This document shows positions 60,407 through 64,000 of a DNA stretch of 64,000 nucleotides, piece by piece. This DNA comes from Minisyncoccota bacterium. Lineage in GTDB: Bacteria > Patescibacteriota > Minisyncoccia > Minisyncoccales > Minisyncoccaceae. The stretch spans positions 308,414-372,413 of the forward strand of contig JBAZIU010000001.1 in the NCBI GenBank assembly GCA_041651685.1, given 5' to 3'. The notes under the pieces are model-generated. The model was not told where the DNA came from and searched no databases. It saw nothing but the letters and a program-made list of their open reading frames with translations. Numbering within the stretch: position 1 is the stretch's first letter; the number at the start of each line of letters is the position of its first letter. A program made the position numbers and the translations under genes.

Positions 60407-61483
60407 ATGATTTTCGCCAAAAGAAAAAGTCAAAAAAGCCTGGGCGTCGATATCGGAACCAAGGTTATCCGCGTGGTTGAGATTTCGGGAAAGAAAGGAA
60501 AATTGGCCTTGGAAAATTACGGGGAGGTGAATCTTGACGTGGCCTGCAAAGAATTCTTCAGGTCTTTTGACAAGAAGAATCTTAATCCGTCGGTTGATAA
60601 TATTTCAGCGGCCCTCAAGGCTATAATCGAAGAAACGGGGATTAAAACCAAGAAGGTTGTTTTTTCTCTTCCTGATTTTGCCACCTTTTTTACCACTTTT
60701 GAACTCCCTCCGATGAGCAGTAAAGAAATAGCCAATGCTGTCGGATTCGAAGCGAGGAAATATATTCCCTTGCCTCTATCGGAATTAGTTTTAGACTGGC
60801 AATTGATGAGCAAGGAACCTTCGCCGAAAGAAAACAGCAAGATTTTGGTTATGGCTGTTCCGAAGATTATCGTCGAACAATACAAGACCATTGCCGAGCA
60901 GGCCGGACTGGAACTGACCGCTCTTGAGGCCGAAGCCATGGCTTTAAAAAGAGCGGTGGTTAATGAAAACGATCCAACTTCTTGTTTATTGGAAATAGGA
61001 TTTCAATCGACGAATATAAATATCGTTGAAGACGGTTTTATGAAAATGAGTTTTAGTTTTGACATTGCCGGAAAAGATTTGACTTTTAGCATTTCCGAAA
61101 CATTGAATATCTCGACCGGCGACGCTGAAATAATAAAAAAGAAGCAGGGATTATTGGTTAACGAGGAGGGAAACATTTCTCATATTTTGACACCGATTCT
61201 TTCGGTTATCTCCGAGAGGACGAGAAAGGTCATTAAAGATTTTGAGTCAAAGGAAGGGAAGACAGTGGAAAAGGTAGTTATCGCCGGAGGGACTTCGCTT
61301 TTGCCGGGAATATTGGAATACTTTACCGAGAGTTTGAACCAAGACGAAGCACAGCCAAAGATAGTGGAAATTGCCAAGCCTTTCGTTAAAGTCGCTTATC
61401 CTCCTATTTTAGATAAAAAAATGGAAGAAATTAACCCGACCTATGCCATAGCGCTGGGCGAGGCCTTGAGAAAGTTTGAATAA
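60407..61483 (+). CDS. pilM: Type IV pilus assembly protein PilM (actin-like ATPase fold)
   Basis: Start trimmed to ATG 60407. SLGVDIGTKVIRVVEI, PDFATFFTTFELP, IAGGTSLLPGI. Confidence 0.85.
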   Translation: MIFAKRKSQKSLGVDIGTKVIRVVEISGKKGKLALENYGEVNLDVACKEFFRSFDKKNLNPSVDNISAALKAIIEETGIKTKKVVFSLPDFATFFTTFELPPMSSKEIANAVGFEARKYIPLPLSELVLDWQLMSKEPSPKENSKILVMAVPKIIVEQYKTIAEQAGLELTALEAEAMALKRAVVNENDPTSCLLEIGFQSTNINIVEDGFMKMSFSFDIAGKDLTFSISETLNISTGDAEIIKKKQGLLVNEEGNISHILTPILSVISERTRKVIKDFESKEGKTVEKVVIAGGTSLLPGILEYFTESLNQDEAQPKIVEIAKPFVKVAYPPILDKKMEEINPTYAIALGEALRKFE

Positions 61484-61518
61484 GAAAGTATAATAGACTT
61501 CAAGGATAAAAAACATTT

Positions 61519-62043
61519 ATGGCTATTGAAATAGCACCGGTTAAAAAAGAAACTTCAAATAAGGAAAATATCGCCTTGCTTTTTTCGATATTGATTTTAA
61601 TTGTTTGTTTTGGATTATACTTTTATTTTTCGCAAGTCCTTCTGGCCCAAAAAGAAACAGAAACGATTAATCTCAATACGCAGTTGTCGGCCCTGGGCCA
61701 AGAAGATATCAAAACCAAGGAAGCAGAATTGGCTTTGGCCGGAGTGTATATCAATGACTTTAAGATTCTTTTTGAAAATAATCCAAAGGCATCCAATTTT
61801 TTTGGAACCTTCCAGAAATGGGCCCACCCCAAGGTGGTTTATTCCGGATTCAGTTTTGACGTCTCCGGGAAGATTAGCATGGCCGGAAGAACCAGCGGAT
61901 TTCAAAATGTGATGCAGCAGCTGGCTCTTCTTAATCAAGAGGGTTCGATTCAAAGTTATCAGATTTCCAATGTCGGGATGACGGAGAATGGGGGAGTCAC
62001 CTTTAATTTAGATTTGGTTTTGAAACCGGAAGTTTTAAAATAA
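61519..62043 (+). CDS. pilN: PilN-like bitopic pilus assembly protein
   Basis: 174 aa; single TM, coiled coil, ferredoxin-like C-terminus; position after pilM. Confidence 0.55.
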   Translation: MAIEIAPVKKETSNKENIALLFSILILIVCFGLYFYFSQVLLAQKETETINLNTQLSALGQEDIKTKEAELALAGVYINDFKILFENNPKASNFFGTFQKWAHPKVVYSGFSFDVSGKISMAGRTSGFQNVMQQLALLNQEGSIQSYQISNVGMTENGGVTFNLDLVLKPEVLK

Positions 62044-62044
62044 T

Positions 62045-62710
62045 ATGGAAAAAAGAAATACAAAAATTTTAGCGATTGCCGGCCTTATTCTCTTACTTTC
62101 CATCGGAGTGGTTTATTTTCTGGTCTTGCCCGCGTATAAGCAGATGGGATTGCAGGACGACCAAATTAGGCAGATAAAGGAACAGATTGAAGCCAGAAAT
62201 AATTATTATTCCACCGTTGAAGCGAAAGTAAAGGCACTGGAAGATTCGGGATGGGCCGAGAAGAAGAAAACCATTGAGGTTAACTTCACATCTTCTCCTT
62301 TTTTCGTTCCCAAAATGAATGTTTTTTTCAGAACCATGGTTTCGGGCAGCGGAATGACCCTTTCGGGAATAACAGCATCTCCCGCCGTTTCGGTCAAAAC
62401 TGTTGCCCAGACACCTACCAAAAGCGAGGAAACGGTTCAGGTAAGCTCAGGTTCTTCGACAGCAGACTCTCAACAAACCGTATCGACTACTTATTTTGAT
62501 AGGTTGCAGGGCCCGGTTAAGAAGGTAACTTTCAATCTTTCCGTTTTAGGAACTTATAATTCTTTCAAAAAATTATTATCCGACTTGGAAACGCAGACAA
62601 GAATAGTTACGGTTAAGAGCGTTTCGGTTTCTTCTTCTCTGCAAGGAGCGGGAAAGAGCGCTTCCAATTTATCGACTTTTAATTTAGTAGTAGATACTTA
62701 TTCTTATTAA
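62045..62710 (+). CDS. pilO: PilO-like bitopic pilus assembly protein
   Basis: 221 aa; single TM, coiled coil (QIRQIKEQIEARNNYYSTVEAKVKALE); 1-nt gap after the pilN-like gene. Confidence 0.55.
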   Translation: MEKRNTKILAIAGLILLLSIGVVYFLVLPAYKQMGLQDDQIRQIKEQIEARNNYYSTVEAKVKALEDSGWAEKKKTIEVNFTSSPFFVPKMNVFFRTMVSGSGMTLSGITASPAVSVKTVAQTPTKSEETVQVSSGSSTADSQQTVSTTYFDRLQGPVKKVTFNLSVLGTYNSFKKLLSDLETQTRIVTVKSVSVSSSLQGAGKSASNLSTFNLVVDTYSY

Positions 62711-62711
62711 T

Positions 62712-63011
62712 ATGGAAGAACAAGAAATAAAAAAAGAAAAAAGTGTTCTTGAAAAAGCGGCTCCGTTTATTTTAATCGTTCTCGTTATTTTTATCGGCTA
62801 TTTCGGGTTAAGCAAGATTAATTTCGGCGGTAATGCTGGCACGATTTCCAATTCTTCTACGCAGAATAACGTGTCGGTTGAGGTCGATATAGATTTTTTG
62901 AACTCAGAAATCTTCAAGGCCTTGAAATTCATTCCTGACTCGTCGGTTTTTAGTCCGGCGACGGGAATCATTCCCGCAGGAAGGGAAGATCCGTTCGCTC
63001 CGGTCAACTAA
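62712..63011 (+). CDS. Small bitopic protein in the pilus operon
   Basis: 99 aa, one TM; translationally coupled to its neighbours. Confidence 0.45.
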   Translation: MEEQEIKKEKSVLEKAAPFILIVLVIFIGYFGLSKINFGGNAGTISNSSTQNNVSVEVDIDFLNSEIFKALKFIPDSSVFSPATGIIPAGREDPFAPVN

Positions 63012-63022
63012 TTTAAAACAAG

Positions 63023-64000
63023 ATGTTTATACAAAAGCTTTTAGAAAAAAAAATAATAACCGAAGAGCAAAGCAAGGTTCTTTCGGCCGAATTCAAGGAA
63101 TTCAAAGGGACGGAAGAGCAGTTTTTGCTGTCTAAAAAAGTAATCAAGGAAAACCAATTGAACGCCATCAAGGCCGAAATATACGGCATGCCCTTTTTTG
63201 AGAATGCCGAGATTTTGGAAGTGCCCAGCAATGTCCTTTCGATGATTCCCGAGGAGTCGGCCAGAGTGTATAAAATAATTCCTTTGGGTCTGCGGGGCAC
63301 TGTTTTGGAAGTTGGATTGGTTAATCCCGACGATATTAAAGCAAAGGAGGCTCTTAATTTTTTGTCCCGACAGAACAAGATAACATACAAGACTTATTTA
63401 ATCAGCGAGAATTCTTTTGAATTGTTTTTGAGGCAATACAGAAACGTCAGGGAAGAGGTGGGCAAAGCTCTTTCCGCTCTTGAAACCGAACTGGGGGGAG
63501 AAGAAAATATCGAACTTTACTCCACCGATTCAAAGCCCAAAGCTGAGCGTCTTTCCGAAGAGGCCCCGATTATCAAGATGGTGGCGGTTATCTTGCGTCA
63601 CGCCGTTGATGGAAATGCTTCCGATATTCACATTGAACCGGAAGAAGAACAATTGAGAATCCGTTTCCGAATGGATGGCAGCTTGTACTCTTCTTTGTTT
63701 TTGCCGATTCATACTCATCCTTCAATTGTTGCCAGAATTAAAATCGTTTCCAATTTAAGAATTGATGAGACGAGAATCCCTCAGGATGGAAGATTTTCAG
63801 CCAAGATAGACGGCAAAGATATTGACTTCAGAGTTTCAACTTTCCCGACTAAATTGGGAGAGAAGGTGGTAATCAGAGTCCTTGACCCGAATGAAGGGTT
63901 GAAGAGCTACGAAGAAATAGGTTTAACCGGGTATAATTACAAAACAATCAAAGATGCGGTGTCGAAGCCATTCGGTATGATTCTGGCCACCGGTCCGACC
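63023..64000 (+). CDS. pilB: Type IV pilus assembly ATPase PilB/GspE (5' part; runs off the window end)
   Basis: Own translation from ATG 63023: MFIQKLLEKKIITEEQ...APIIKMVAVILRHAVDGNASDIHIEPEEEQLRIRFRMDGSL...IVARIKIVSNLRIDETRIPQDGRF...FRVSTFPTKLGEKVVIRVLD...GMILATGPT (the Walker A motif starts at the edge). Confidence 0.9.
   Translation, partial: MFIQKLLEKKIITEEQSKVLSAEFKEFKGTEEQFLLSKKVIKENQLNAIKAEIYGMPFFENAEILEVPSNVLSMIPEESARVYKIIPLGLRGTVLEVGLVNPDDIKAKEALNFLSRQNKITYKTYLISENSFELFLRQYRNVREEVGKALSALETELGGEENIELYSTDSKPKAERLSEEAPIIKMVAVILRHAVDGNASDIHIEPEEEQLRIRFRMDGSLYSSLFLPIHTHPSIVARIKIVSNLRIDETRIPQDGRFSAKIDGKDIDFRVSTFPTKLGEKVVIRVLDPNEGLKSYEEIGLTGYNYKTIKDAVSKPFGMILATGPT

Noticed and set aside
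63013-63390. 125-aa minus-strand ORF at the pilB 5' end
   Set aside because: It is antisense to the clearly conserved PilB/GspE N-terminal domain, so it is a shadow ORF.

Overview
AT-rich, very gene-dense bacterial chromosome segment. Its content looks like a reduced-genome Patescibacteria/CPR (Parcubacteria-like) organism; this is inferred from gene content, not from any search. About 60 protein genes read cleanly under the standard code. Housekeeping genes: pnp (partial), rpsO, cca, nusA, tig, clpP, rny, hup, htrA, infB (short form), rbfA, rpsA-like, ftsH, rplS, gyrA, tsaD, secDF, recG. I hand-folded 25 tRNA genes, an unusually high density. Accessory content: (1) a minus-strand lipid-scavenging block with 2 plsY, 3 DegV/FakB-like genes, 1 Dak2-DegV FakA-like gene and a CarS/DUF46-like CDP-alcohol synthase; (2) a non-coding stretch at 10.5-11.0 kb holding six parS-consensus palindromes interleaved with three atypical tRNAs and an array of 9-nt direct repeats, about 1.5 kb from a complete gene-strand switch (centromere/origin-like); (3) a surface operon with a 1295-aa DUF2341/LamG/Gly-rich/Cys-repeat protein and a tail-fibre-like protein carrying a Peptidase_S74 auto-chaperone, which has a second copy 38 kb away with near-identical ends and a different middle; (4) four TrbC/VirB2-like pilin genes; (5) an HTH / membrane protein / VirD4-FtsK-like ATPase-with-zinc-ribbon module; (6) two RelE-type TA pairs; (7) a comFC plus pilMNO-pilB type IV pilus cluster running off the right edge. 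All coordinates, tRNA folds and motif positions were worked out by eye, and no database search was possible.
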